Origin: an uncultured Candidatus Actinomarina sp.
GTDB lineage: Bacteria; Actinomycetota; Acidimicrobiia; Actinomarinales; Actinomarinaceae
Assembly (NCBI GenBank): GCA_902578135.1
Contig: CACHBU010000001.1
Location: 33,932-97,931, forward strand
DNA: 64,000 nt
Direction: 5' to 3'
Part shown: in pieces, positions 1-9,521 of the stretch
Layout of the letters: the number at the start of each line of letters is the position of its first letter
How positions within the stretch are numbered: position 1 is the first letter of the stretch
Notes under the pieces: generated by a model
Databases searched by the model: none
What the model saw: only the letters and a program-made list of their open reading frames with translations
What the model was told of the DNA's origin: nothing
Translations under genes and position numbers: made by a program

Positions 1-584
1 GATTTTCCAGTAAATGCTCCGAGTGCAAATCCAAGAGCACCAAAAGTAACTCCAGCCAAAGCGGCTTGAAGTGTTGCTTTCATAAGTGGAACATAATCAA
101 GTGTTTGACTAAGTTCCATAGTTGCAATTGGAATAAACATAATATTTGTCCATGCAAAAGTGACAAATAAACCGAATAGAACAGCAACAATTGATTGTGT
201 AAAATACACAGAAGTTCTTGTCATTGGTAAAGCTGCAACAAATTCAAAAGTCCCATCTTCTTCTGCTTTTGAACCTAATTTATTTAAAAGAATTATTGTG
301 GCAGTGCCAATTAAAAGTGGAACAAATGGTACTAAGAAGTAAGTTGTTACCATTCCTTCTAATGTAAAAACATTGTCCCAATCCGAAATTCCCAATAAAT
401 TCATCATTGTTTCATTTTCTGACATTCCTCTAAAAGCTTCTCTTTGTGTGTCAATAAGCAAACTTTCTACACTTGAATTTGCAAAAGCTAGTGGAAGTAT
501 TAATAAGTAAACTCCTCCGGAAATTGCCCAATTTAAAATAAATTTTCTCGGAACTGTAATCATATATTTGAAATAGTTAAGCAT
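1..584 (-). CDS. ABC-2 type transporter permease (partial, runs off the left edge)
   Basis: Not in the ORF track; translated by hand. ATG at 584 overlaps the stop of the ATPase gene. Reads MLNYFKYMITVPRKFILNWAISGG...AEEDGTFEFVAALPMTRTSVYF..., with several hydrophobic segments and the ExxGTxExxxxxPxxR ABC-2 permease motif. Open to position 1. Confidence 0.85.
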   Translation of the reverse strand, partial: MLNYFKYMITVPRKFILNWAISGGVYLLILPLAFANSSVESLLIDTQREAFRGMSENETMMNLLGISDWDNVFTLEGMVTTYFLVPFVPLLIGTATIILLNKLGSKAEEDGTFEFVAALPMTRTSVYFTQSIVAVLFGLFVTFAWTNIMFIPIATMELSQTLDYVPLMKATLQAALAGVTFGALGFALGAFTGK

Positions 585-1297
585 TATCCCTCTCTTCTAT
601 CATAGAATGTAAAAAAAGCATCTTCTAAATCTTGACCTTCTTCTTTTGCTTTATTTAAAAATGTATCATATGTTTCATCATATACTTTTGCACCTTCTCT
701 TAAAACAGCCATCGAATCGGCAACTTTTTCAACCTCAGAAATAATATGTGATGATAAAAGTATTGCTGCACCATCATTAGCAAATTCTTTTACAATTTCA
801 AAAAAACTTCTTTGATGAAAGGGGTCTAAGCCTGAAGTTGGTTCATCTAAAATTAATACCTTTGGCTTATGCAGTACTGCTAGAATCAAGGCAACTTTTT
901 GTCTGTTACCTTTAGATAATTCTTTGAGAGTTTGATCAACCTCCAATTCAAACTTTTCTGCTAACTCCATAGCATAATCGGTTGATTGACCTCTCATGTC
1001 TGCACCAAGTTTAAATAGTGACTTAGAATTTAAATTTTGTGGAAGTTGAGGATCCCCAGGTAGATATCCTATTATTTTTTTTGCCTCAACGGGGTTTTCA
1101 ATTGTATCAATTCCCTCAACTGAAAGTGAACCTTCAGACGGCATCAAAAATCCCATAAGACTTCTCATTGTTGTAGATTTTCCAGCTCCATTAGGACCAA
1201 GAAGCCCTTTAACCTCGCCATTATCAACAGAGATATTGATATCTCCAACGCCTTTTCCATTTTTGTATCTCATAGTGAGATTCTTAATTTCTATCAT
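584..1297 (-). CDS. ABC transporter ATP-binding protein (exporter type)
   Basis: Walker A GPNGAGKS, signature LSKGNRQK, Walker B ILDEPTSGLD, H-loop SSH. Start placed at MIEIK (1297). Confidence 0.95.
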   Translation of the reverse strand: MIEIKNLTMRYKNGKGVGDINISVDNGEVKGLLGPNGAGKSTTMRSLMGFLMPSEGSLSVEGIDTIENPVEAKKIIGYLPGDPQLPQNLNSKSLFKLGADMRGQSTDYAMELAEKFELEVDQTLKELSKGNRQKVALILAVLHKPKVLILDEPTSGLDPFHQRSFFEIVKEFANDGAAILLSSHIISEVEKVADSMAVLREGAKVYDETYDTFLNKAKEEGQDLEDAFFTFYDRREG

Positions 1298-1409
1298 TAT
1301 TCTTATTGTATACAATAAAACTTATAAATTGACCTTACTATTTTCCGATTAATTTCGATAAGTTTAATTATAATAAACTTATTTTTATGCTTATAGTAAA
1401 TATTTAATC

Positions 1410-1973
1410 ATGGATAAAAGAAAAGTAATAGCTAAAAATCGATATGAAGAAATTCATTATGAACTCCTTGAAGTTGGTGAAAAGCTATTAAACACCAAAA
1501 GACTTACCCAAATATCCCTAAATTCTATAAATGAATACACAGATATTTCTAAAACAACTATCTATGAACATTTTCATTCGTTTGAAGAATTTTTATCTGA
1601 TGTAATCAAGCATGTTTATAAAAAAAGGAGACAAAGCTATCTTGAAAAATTACAAGATAAACCAAAAGAAAATATAAAAACCATTTTTAAAGTTTGGACT
1701 GAATTTACTTACGAAAACTTTACCCTTGGAAGAAACATATATGCAGCTTATATACTTCTTGCTGGCAAATATAATTTTCAGCTGATGGGTGGTGTTTATA
1801 AAGATTTAGATATGGAGTTAGAAAAGTTAGGATTTAGCAATAAAGAAAGAGAAGAGTTTATTGGAAAATTTTATTTCAGCATTGACGATCTGATAATAGA
1901 TTTGGAAAACGAAAATAAAAACAATATAAATTCAAAAATTAATGACTTGATTTTATATCTGGATAATTACTAA
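1410..1973 (+). CDS. TetR/AcrR family transcriptional regulator
   Basis: N-terminal HTH-like segment (EVGEKLL...ISKTTIYEHFHSFEE); divergent from the ABC exporter genes, a typical TetR arrangement. Confidence 0.75.
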   Translation: MDKRKVIAKNRYEEIHYELLEVGEKLLNTKRLTQISLNSINEYTDISKTTIYEHFHSFEEFLSDVIKHVYKKRRQSYLEKLQDKPKENIKTIFKVWTEFTYENFTLGRNIYAAYILLAGKYNFQLMGGVYKDLDMELEKLGFSNKEREEFIGKFYFSIDDLIIDLENENKNNINSKINDLILYLDNY

Positions 1974-1981
1974 TTATTAAG

Positions 1982-2116
1982 CTATTCATCTAAATTTTCA
2001 TTTTTTTGCTTATTTCTTAACCAAGTTAATAACAAAGCTGGAATTAAAAATATAAGCATTTCATCCCAGCCACCTTGGTGTTGAAAGATTGGCGGAGGTA
2101 TTATCTTTATAAGCAT
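1982..2116 (-). CDS. Small single-pass membrane protein, 44 aa (MLIKIIPPPIFQHQGGWDEMLIFLIPALLLTWLRNKQKNENLDE)
   Basis: Translated by hand; below the ORF-track cutoff. Starts 3 nt after the nuoN stop and fills the nuoN-tetR gap. One hydrophobic helix followed by a basic patch. Confidence 0.65.
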   Translation of the reverse strand: MLIKIIPPPIFQHQGGWDEMLIFLIPALLLTWLRNKQKNENLDE

Positions 2117-2119
2117 TTT

Positions 2120-3592
2120 CTAGAGATAGTTTTCTACCATCCATCTTGTGATGTTCACAAGAGTATTTGGTAAAAGTCCAAAATAAATTGTCAAAGCAGC
2201 CATAAATCCAAGTAAGGCTTTATCAGAAATACTAATTTTTATCTTTTCAATTGAATTATCAGTTTTTTCAATTGCAGCTACCCAAATTGGTCTTAAGTAA
2301 AAATAGAAACCAGTAACCGTTGTAAGCATTAACACAGTCACAATTAAATATTTTTCATATGACCATAAATTCGTAATCAGAATAAATTTTGAAACGAAAC
2401 CACTAGTTAGAGGGAGTCCTGCAATGCCAAGCATGAATATAGAAAATGTAATGGTTAAAAATTTATTTTCTTTAAACAATCCTGACAAATTTGAGATTTT
2501 AAAATCTGAACTCAATTGTCCGCTTATGATTGAAAATACTGTAAAAACTCCAATTAATTGTATGATGTATGTGATTAAATAAAATATAGATGCGCTTATG
2601 CCATAGGCACCAAAAGAGATCCCCGAAAGTATAAATCCAGACTGTATGACTCCACTGTATGCAATCAGCCTTTTAATATCAGTTTGATTTGTAGCAAATA
2701 ATGCGCCAGCTAAAACTGACAAAATTACAATTGCTGTAAAAAATAAATCAAATTTATCAAGGATGAATCTTAATGAAATAGCGGAAAGCCTTGCTAAAAC
2801 TATAAATGAGGAAGCTTTCGCAACAGCAGCCATATACCCAACATATCCTGTTGGAGAACCTTGGTAGACATCAGGTGCCCATGCTTGAAATGGTGCGGCC
2901 GCAACCTTAAACAAAAGTCCAACTAGTACCATTATCAAGCCAATCAAACTTGTTAGCGGAACATTGTCAGGGCCAATAAAACTGATTGCGATGCTTGTTT
3001 CGTATACTCCACTTATTGATAAAGAGACATATAAAAGTGCAACACCATAAATTAAAATACAAGAAGCTAACGATCCTAAAAGAAAATACTTTAAAGATGC
3101 CTCGTTACTGAGTTGATCACCTCTATTTAATCCAGCCAATGCATACAGACTTATTGATCCAATTTCTAAACCAATAAATAACATTATGAAGTTTTCTGCA
3201 TCCACCATAAGTAAAAATCCAGATGCAGACATCAAAATTAAAATCAAAGCTTCTGTAGTTTTATTATCAATTACTTCTGAAGTTTTCCAAAAGGAATTAA
3301 ATGTTAACAGTAAAACTAATCCAATAAGAACATTTCCTACTAAAGAGAACTCATCAAGAAGTATCTTCTCTGAAAAATAAGACGTTATACCATCTCTTGC
3401 AAAAAGTCCAAATTTAAGAAAAATTGTAAATAATGTAATAAGAATTCCAACAAATGAAATATATTTTTTAACATAAACGGGTGTTGAGATTGTAATTGTG
3501 CAAAAAAGTAACACTAGAGTTGTAAATAGCAGTGCAAGGGTTGGACCAATCACCACAAAATTAATACCTAAAAATTCAGAAATACCGTTCAT
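2120..3592 (-). CDS. nuoN: NADH-quinone oxidoreductase subunit N
   Basis: EASLKYFLLG, FKVAAAPF(Q)AWAPDVYQG and KRLIAYS motifs; last subunit gene of the nuo operon. Confidence 0.97.
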   Translation of the reverse strand: MNGISEFLGINFVVIGPTLALLFTTLVLLFCTITISTPVYVKKYISFVGILITLFTIFLKFGLFARDGITSYFSEKILLDEFSLVGNVLIGLVLLLTFNSFWKTSEVIDNKTTEALILILMSASGFLLMVDAENFIMLFIGLEIGSISLYALAGLNRGDQLSNEASLKYFLLGSLASCILIYGVALLYVSLSISGVYETSIAISFIGPDNVPLTSLIGLIMVLVGLLFKVAAAPFQAWAPDVYQGSPTGYVGYMAAVAKASSFIVLARLSAISLRFILDKFDLFFTAIVILSVLAGALFATNQTDIKRLIAYSGVIQSGFILSGISFGAYGISASIFYLITYIIQLIGVFTVFSIISGQLSSDFKISNLSGLFKENKFLTITFSIFMLGIAGLPLTSGFVSKFILITNLWSYEKYLIVTVLMLTTVTGFYFYLRPIWVAAIEKTDNSIEKIKISISDKALLGFMAALTIYFGLLPNTLVNITRWMVENYL

Positions 3593-5076
3593 TTTATATC
3601 CTTAAATAAAGCAATTGTTTCACTTATGAACCCTGCTTCCTGAATAACAAAACTTTCAATATAGCTTGGGTAAATTCCAATAAATAACATGGGTAAAACA
3701 AGAGGAACAATTGATAGAGTTTCTCTTATATCTAAATCTTTCAAGCTTTCATTTTTTTCATTAGAAATTGGACCTGTAAAGATTCTTTGATAAGCCCATA
3801 ACATGTAGATTGCAGCTAACACTACACCAAACGCTGCAATTGATGTTAAGACTTTGTAGCTATTAAAGCTGCCCATTAATATCATAAATTCACCAACAAA
3901 ACCATTTAATCCTGGAAGTCCTATCGAGGCAAAAGAGGTGAACAAAAATATTGCCGCGTATCGTGGCATTGTAATTTTAATTCCTCCAAATGAACTAATA
4001 TTTCGGGTGTGTCTTCTTTCATAAAGAAATCCTACAAGCATGAATAGTGCACCAGCTGTTATACCATGATTTATCATTTGAATAATTGCACCCTCAATAC
4101 TCAGATATCCTCCAGCAGAAATACCCAACATAACGTACCCCATATGACTTACGGATGAATATGCAATTAACTTTTTAATGTCTATTTGTGCAATTGCAAC
4201 TATTGCACCATAAATAATTCCGATCACTGATAGAACAGCAACAAAATTTTTATATGCTAAAAATCCCTCAGTAAAAAAAGGTATTGATACTCTTAAAATT
4301 CCGTAGGCCCCTACTTTTAATAAAACACCTGCTAATAAAATACTTCCAGCTGTTGGTGCTTCAACGTGTGCATCTGGTAACCAAGTGTGAAGAGGAAATA
4401 TTGGAACTTTAATTAAAAAACCAAAAGTAAATAGCAAAAACAAAGTTTTAGATTGTGAAGAAGTAAGAGCTAAGTTTGCAAGTGAATCAAAATCAACGAC
4501 TAGTGAGCCATTAGCACCATAGCTTATTACAGCTGTGTATACTGTTCCGATGAAAATAAAAACTGAACCAAAAACTGTGTAAAGAATAAATTTTATTGTT
4601 GCATACCTTCTATTTTCTCCTCCCCATATTCCCATTAAGAAATACATTGGAATTAACAATGCTTCAAAGAATATGAATAGAGAAATTAAATCGCCACTGA
4701 TGAAAACACCATTAATTGCAAAATGTAATGCAAGTAATGAACCGATAAAACCCTTGCTTTCTGCATGTTCATTTCCAATTGATAATAGGGAAACACATAT
4801 TAAAAGCGAGGTTAATAATAATAGTAATGTTGACATGCCAGAGATTCCGAAGCTGATTTCAAGCCCATAAGATTGGATCCATTTGTAATTAGAAAGAATT
4901 ACAAATTTTGTTTTTCCATAGTCGCTGAATAATAAATAAAAACATTGTGTAAGAGTTATAAGTGAAAAAATTATGCCAATTGGCCTAAATATTTCTTTTC
5001 TAGAATTGGGGATCATAAATATTAGTAGTGCACTGAAAAGTGGAACAATTAGAAGGGAAATTATTATTCCGGTCAT
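3589..5076 (-). CDS. nuoM: NADH-quinone oxidoreductase subunit M
   Basis: KVPIFPLHTWLPDAHVEAPT, LLKVGAYG and KKLIAYSSVSHMG motifs. Confidence 0.97.
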   Translation of the reverse strand: MTGIIISLLIVPLFSALLIFMIPNSRKEIFRPIGIIFSLITLTQCFYLLFSDYGKTKFVILSNYKWIQSYGLEISFGISGMSTLLLLLTSLLICVSLLSIGNEHAESKGFIGSLLALHFAINGVFISGDLISLFIFFEALLIPMYFLMGIWGGENRRYATIKFILYTVFGSVFIFIGTVYTAVISYGANGSLVVDFDSLANLALTSSQSKTLFLLFTFGFLIKVPIFPLHTWLPDAHVEAPTAGSILLAGVLLKVGAYGILRVSIPFFTEGFLAYKNFVAVLSVIGIIYGAIVAIAQIDIKKLIAYSSVSHMGYVMLGISAGGYLSIEGAIIQMINHGITAGALFMLVGFLYERRHTRNISSFGGIKITMPRYAAIFLFTSFASIGLPGLNGFVGEFMILMGSFNSYKVLTSIAAFGVVLAAIYMLWAYQRIFTGPISNEKNESLKDLDIRETLSIVPLVLPMLFIGIYPSYIESFVIQEAGFISETIALFKDIK

Positions 5077-6974
5077 TGTGGCACCATCGGAGTAATAATA
5101 AATAATCCAATTAGGAGAAGTAGAAATAATCCAAAATACACAACATAGCTTCTAACTAGGCCAGTCTGGGTCGCGGATGCAACTCTAGAAGTTTTACCAA
5201 ATGCAGCTGAAACAAAATTAACAGAACCATCAATAATTAATCCATCAACAATTACTGCAACCTTTCTTGTAAAGTTTTTCATTCCTGAAACAAAAATTGA
5301 GTTACCAAATCTATTTAGATAGAGCACATTAAATGACAAATCTTTTACTAAATTGATCGGATAATCTAAATTAATTCTCTTCAAGTTGAATCTTTTAAAA
5401 ATTTCAAATGAAAATATTAAATATGCTATTAATAATCCTGTAAAACCAGCGCCAATTGATAAAACTGCAAGCACAATTAATGTAATACCTTCTGGTAGAT
5501 GAGTTATTTCAACTCCCTCTAGAGAATAATGAAGAACTTTTTCAACTCCGTGGAAAAAAGGTGTGTTAATAAACCCTATAAAAATTGAAAACAACCCAAG
5601 AATAATCAAAGGTCTTGTCATAGTTTTTGGGGCCTCATTTACATTAGAGTGATCAAAACCATTGTCTTTTTCAAAAATTAATAACCAGTGTCTTCCCATA
5701 TAAAATGCCGTTAAAAAAGCTGCACCTAAACCAAGTGCCCAAAATATGTAATAGATTCCACCATTTGCAAATACTGAAGCCAAAATTTCATCTTTCGACC
5801 AAAAACCAGCCAATGGAGGAATGCCGGAAATTGCTAGCGTTCCAATTCCCATCATTGAAGCAGTAACAGGCATTTGTTTTCTTAATCCACCCATCTTTCT
5901 AATGTCTTGTTCGTGATGCATAGAGTGAATAACTGCACCTGCACCTAAAAACAATAAAGCTTTAAAAAAAGCATGCGTTACAAGATGAAAAATAGCTGCC
6001 ACATATGCCCCAGCACCAATTGCAATAAACATAAAACCTAATTGAGAAATAGTCGAATAAGCTAATACTTTTTTAATATCATATTGGTTTATTGCTGAAA
6101 AAGCAGCAAGTAAAGCAGTTAAAAGACCAAATGAAATTATCACCATTCCTGCTATTTTTGAATGCTGAAGGATAGGTGAAATTCTTACAAGCATAAACAC
6201 TCCGGCTGTCACCATAGTCGCAGCATGGATTAATGCACTTGCGGGAGTAGGTCCTTCCATTGCATCTGGAAGCCAACTAAAAAGTGGGAACTGAGCAGAT
6301 TTACCAAATGCCCCAAGGAGTAAAAATAATGTTATTAAAGTAATCGTATTTTCTGGAACGTCTGATGCATTCTTCAAAACAGTATAAAAATCGAATGTAT
6401 TAAAAGTATTTAATATAAACATCAATCCAATCAAGAAGCCGAAATCTCCAACCCTGTTTAAAATAAACGCCTTGTTTCCTGCTTTTGCTGCTGCTGTTTT
6501 TTTTGACCAAAATGATATTAATAAATATGAACTTAGCCCTACTAGTTCCCATCCAATAAACATAACTAAGAAATTTGAAGACATTACCAACATAAGCATT
6601 GAAAATACAAAAAAATTAAAATAAACAAAATAATTATTGTGCTTTTCATCTGTCTCCATATAAGAAGTTGAAAAAAGTTGAATAATGAAAGATAAGCCTG
6701 TCACTAATAAAAGCATTATTCCTGAAAGACCATCGAGAGTGAAACCTATTTTTATATCAGGAGTATTAGTCCATTGAAATATGTTGTAATTAATCGGTTG
6801 AAACTTATCAATTGCCAGCATAACAAATACATAAAACGATATAGCAAAAGACAATAAGGCGCTATTTAAAGTAAAAAAATTAGTAATAAGCTCATTAAAT
6901 AAATTTTTGTTAGAAAATAAGAATATAGCTGTCAAAAAAGGTAGGAAGATTGGAAGTAAGAACAGTAATTCCAA
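5073..6974 (-). CDS. nuoL: NADH-quinone oxidoreductase subunit L
   Basis: GKSAQFPLFSWLPDAMEGPTPASALIHAATMV and DIRKMGGL motifs. Start probably TTG at 6974 behind GAGG; the ORF track gives 6992. Confidence 0.96.
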   Translation of the reverse strand: MELLFLLPIFLPFLTAIFLFSNKNLFNELITNFFTLNSALLSFAISFYVFVMLAIDKFQPINYNIFQWTNTPDIKIGFTLDGLSGIMLLLVTGLSFIIQLFSTSYMETDEKHNNYFVYFNFFVFSMLMLVMSSNFLVMFIGWELVGLSSYLLISFWSKKTAAAKAGNKAFILNRVGDFGFLIGLMFILNTFNTFDFYTVLKNASDVPENTITLITLFLLLGAFGKSAQFPLFSWLPDAMEGPTPASALIHAATMVTAGVFMLVRISPILQHSKIAGMVIISFGLLTALLAAFSAINQYDIKKVLAYSTISQLGFMFIAIGAGAYVAAIFHLVTHAFFKALLFLGAGAVIHSMHHEQDIRKMGGLRKQMPVTASMMGIGTLAISGIPPLAGFWSKDEILASVFANGGIYYIFWALGLGAAFLTAFYMGRHWLLIFEKDNGFDHSNVNEAPKTMTRPLIILGLFSIFIGFINTPFFHGVEKVLHYSLEGVEITHLPEGITLIVLAVLSIGAGFTGLLIAYLIFSFEIFKRFNLKRINLDYPINLVKDLSFNVLYLNRFGNSIFVSGMKNFTRKVAVIVDGLIIDGSVNFVSAAFGKTSRVASATQTGLVRSYVVYFGLFLLLLIGLFIITPMVPQ

Positions 6975-6975
6975 A

Positions 6976-7284
6976 TCAACCTCTGGACACATTTAAAACA
7001 TCTACAGATGCAGATGATTGTTTTCTAAAAATTGAAACAATAATTGCTAATCCTACAACTACTTCAGCTGCTGCAACTACTAGAACAAAAAAAACTGCAA
7101 TCTGGCCATCTATTTGACCAAAATGATTAGATGCTGAAATGAAAGTTAAGTTAACAGCATTCAACATTAGCTCAATACACATAAACATTATCAAAGCATT
7201 TTTTCTTATCATCATTCCAAAAAAACCAATTGAAAATAGGATTGCGGAAAGTGTCAAATACCAATCAGTTGTTACTTCAAACAT
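6976..7284 (-). CDS. nuoK: NADH-quinone oxidoreductase subunit K
   Basis: [12 protein letters not shown] and [10 protein letters not shown] motifs. Start at 7284 or 7287 behind AAGGA. Confidence 0.96.
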   Translation of the reverse strand: MFEVTTDWYLTLSAILFSIGFFGMMIRKNALIMFMCIELMLNAVNLTFISASNHFGQIDGQIAVFFVLVVAAAEVVVGLAIIVSIFRKQSSASVDVLNVSRG

Positions 7285-7804
7285 CATTTTTCCTTCTTTT
7301 AGAATCGTACGCAAGAGCAATAGCTGCAGCAGTTGCAACGATTAACAGAATTGAAATTATTTCAAATGGGAAAATCCAAGCGGTAAACAAAGTACCCGCA
7401 ATAAGTTGAGGGGTGCCCTCTACTGCAAATTCAACAGCTTCAAACCACAAATCCCATTTAAATTCAGAACTAACAGCAACGTAGCCCAATATTGAAATGA
7501 GAATCAAAAAAACTCCGCTAACTAAAAAGGTCTGTCCTTTAATAGATTCTGAACTTTGTTCTTTTTTATCAACTCCTATCATCATGATTACGAATAGAAA
7601 TAAAGTCATTACTGCGCCTGCATAAACGAGCATTTGTACCATGGCGACAAAGGTAGCATTGAGCGTAATATAAATAATTGCAATTGAAACTAATGTCATG
7701 ACAAGACCCATGGCATTGTGCACTGGATTCTTTGCAAAGACTACTATTAATGCTCCAATAATTATTAATGCAGCAGGAATAAAGAATAAGATTAAATCAA
7801 CCAA
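7277..7804 (-). CDS. nuoJ: NADH-quinone oxidoreductase subunit J
   Basis: [19 protein letters not shown] and PFEIISILL motifs; operon position. Confidence 0.96.
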   Translation of the reverse strand: MVDLILFFIPAALIIIGALIVVFAKNPVHNAMGLVMTLVSIAIIYITLNATFVAMVQMLVYAGAVMTLFLFVIMMIGVDKKEQSSESIKGQTFLVSGVFLILISILGYVAVSSEFKWDLWFEAVEFAVEGTPQLIAGTLFTAWIFPFEIISILLIVATAAAIALAYDSKRRKNDV

Positions 7805-7805
7805 G

Positions 7806-8420
7806 CTACTCTTCCTCTAGAGATTGGCCTTTTTCAGGTTCTTTTTTTCCTACACCCAATGAGCCAGACCAATTGACAACATTTTGAAAATTTGGATTAC
7901 CGTTTGAAGACGTTGCTCTCATCCACCCGTCAGAAGTTTGTAGTTCTTCAAATCTTGTAAGCTTTGTTTGTTCTTCATGGGTATTTGGAGTTCCATCATC
8001 ATTCACGACTAATACAGATTTATCAAAAATTGCTTCTGACCTATTAGCCACACTCATTTCAAACAATGATGTCATTGTTATTGCCTCTGTTGGGCAAGCT
8101 TCAACACAAAGCGCACAGTAAATGCATCTGAGCATATTTATTTCGTAAATAAATCCATATCTCTCGCCCGGGCTTACAGGTGCGTCTTCAGGGTTATCTT
8201 CACCTCTGACATAAATACATTGAGCTGGACATACTCCTGCACACAATTCACAACCAATACATTTTTCCATTCCATCTTCATATCTATTTAGTACATGACG
8301 GCCATGAAATCTTTGTGGCTTTTCTCTAAATTCTTTAGGATACTTATCAGTTACCGACTTTCTGAACAATTCTTTAAAAGTTACTTTTAATCCCTTAAAC
8401 AATCCGAAACTATCGCTCAT
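7806..8420 (-). CDS. nuoI: NADH-quinone oxidoreductase subunit I
   Basis: Two ferredoxin motifs, CIGCELCAGVCP and CIYCALCVEACP. Confidence 0.97.
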   Translation of the reverse strand: MSDSFGLFKGLKVTFKELFRKSVTDKYPKEFREKPQRFHGRHVLNRYEDGMEKCIGCELCAGVCPAQCIYVRGEDNPEDAPVSPGERYGFIYEINMLRCIYCALCVEACPTEAITMTSLFEMSVANRSEAIFDKSVLVVNDDGTPNTHEEQTKLTRFEELQTSDGWMRATSSNGNPNFQNVVNWSGSLGVGKKEPEKGQSLEEE

Positions 8421-8423
8421 AAT

Positions 8424-9521
8424 TTAACTCCAAGGTAATCCAAATTCTCTTAAGCCTAAAACTATTGATGAAAGTATTAGCCAAACTAAGGATATTGGAA
8501 TCATTCTTTTCCATCCTAGTTCCATTAACTGGTCATATCTTAATCTAGGGAGTGTTGCTCTTATCCAGACAAAAACAAATAAAAGTAAAAAAGTTTTTAC
8601 GCCTAGCCAAATTATTGGCATTATCACAGAGAATATTGGAGGTAATATTCCTTCAAATGTTGGACCTAGCCATCCACCTAAAAAGAAGGTTGCTGTAATC
8701 GCACACATGTTAAACATGTTTATGTACTCTGCCAAAAAGAACATAGCAAATCTAAAACCTGAATATTCAGTATGAAAACCTCCTACTAATTCCTGTTCAG
8801 CTTCAACTAAGTCAAAAGGTGCCCGATTAACTTCAGCTACTGCAGCTATAAAAAATATTCCAAATGCAACAAATTGAGGAAAAATATTCCATTTGGGAAT
8901 AAATGAAACGATTGTGTTAAGAATTGGAATTGAAGTAGATAAATTTCCTGATTGACTATTTACAATATCAACTAACGAAAGTGATCCCGAATACAAAATA
9001 ACAGGGACTAATGCTAAGCCCATTGCAGCTTCATAAGAAATCATCTGTGCTGAAGCTCTTACTCCTCCTAATAAAGGATATTTTGATCCTGATGACCATC
9101 CAGCCAAAACAACGCTATATACAGCAATTGAGGAAAGTGCTAGGAAGTACAAGACTCCTACGTTTAAATCTGCACCAACTAATGGAATGGTATATTGTGC
9201 ATTTTGCCATTCAACCGTGATATCAGGCCCTAAAGGAATAATCATAAAGATTAAAAAAGATGGAACAAGTGCAATTAATGGCGCAAGAAGGTACATAGCC
9301 CTATCAGCTTTTGAAGGGAGAATTTGTTCTTTTAATAATAACTTAATGGCATCAGCTAAAGTTTGAAGTATTCCAAATGGACCTGCTCTGTCAGGCCCAA
9401 CTCTAGATTGCATTCCTGCAACTACTTTTCTTTCAAACCAAATTAATAATATTGTATTGGTTAATAAAACAGCCAAAACTATGTTTGCTTTTACCAGTGA
9501 AATTATTAACTCAATTGACAT
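8424..9521 (-). CDS. nuoH: NADH-quinone oxidoreductase subunit H
   Basis: RVGPDRAGPFGILQTLADAIKL, NRAPFDLVEAEQELVGG and PRLRYDQLM motifs. Confidence 0.97.
   Translation of the reverse strand: MSIELIISLVKANIVLAVLLTNTILLIWFERKVVAGMQSRVGPDRAGPFGILQTLADAIKLLLKEQILPSKADRAMYLLAPLIALVPSFLIFMIIPLGPDITVEWQNAQYTIPLVGADLNVGVLYFLALSSIAVYSVVLAGWSSGSKYPLLGGVRASAQMISYEAAMGLALVPVILYSGSLSLVDIVNSQSGNLSTSIPILNTIVSFIPKWNIFPQFVAFGIFFIAAVAEVNRAPFDLVEAEQELVGGFHTEYSGFRFAMFFLAEYINMFNMCAITATFFLGGWLGPTFEGILPPIFSVIMPIIWLGVKTFLLLFVFVWIRATLPRLRYDQLMELGWKRMIPISLVWLILSSIVLGLREFGLPWS

Noticed and set aside
1335-1360. Possible TetR operator (CGATTAATTTCG) between the ABC ATPase and tetR
   Set aside because: Only a weak imperfect palindrome in very AT-rich DNA; the position is plausible but I cannot support the call.
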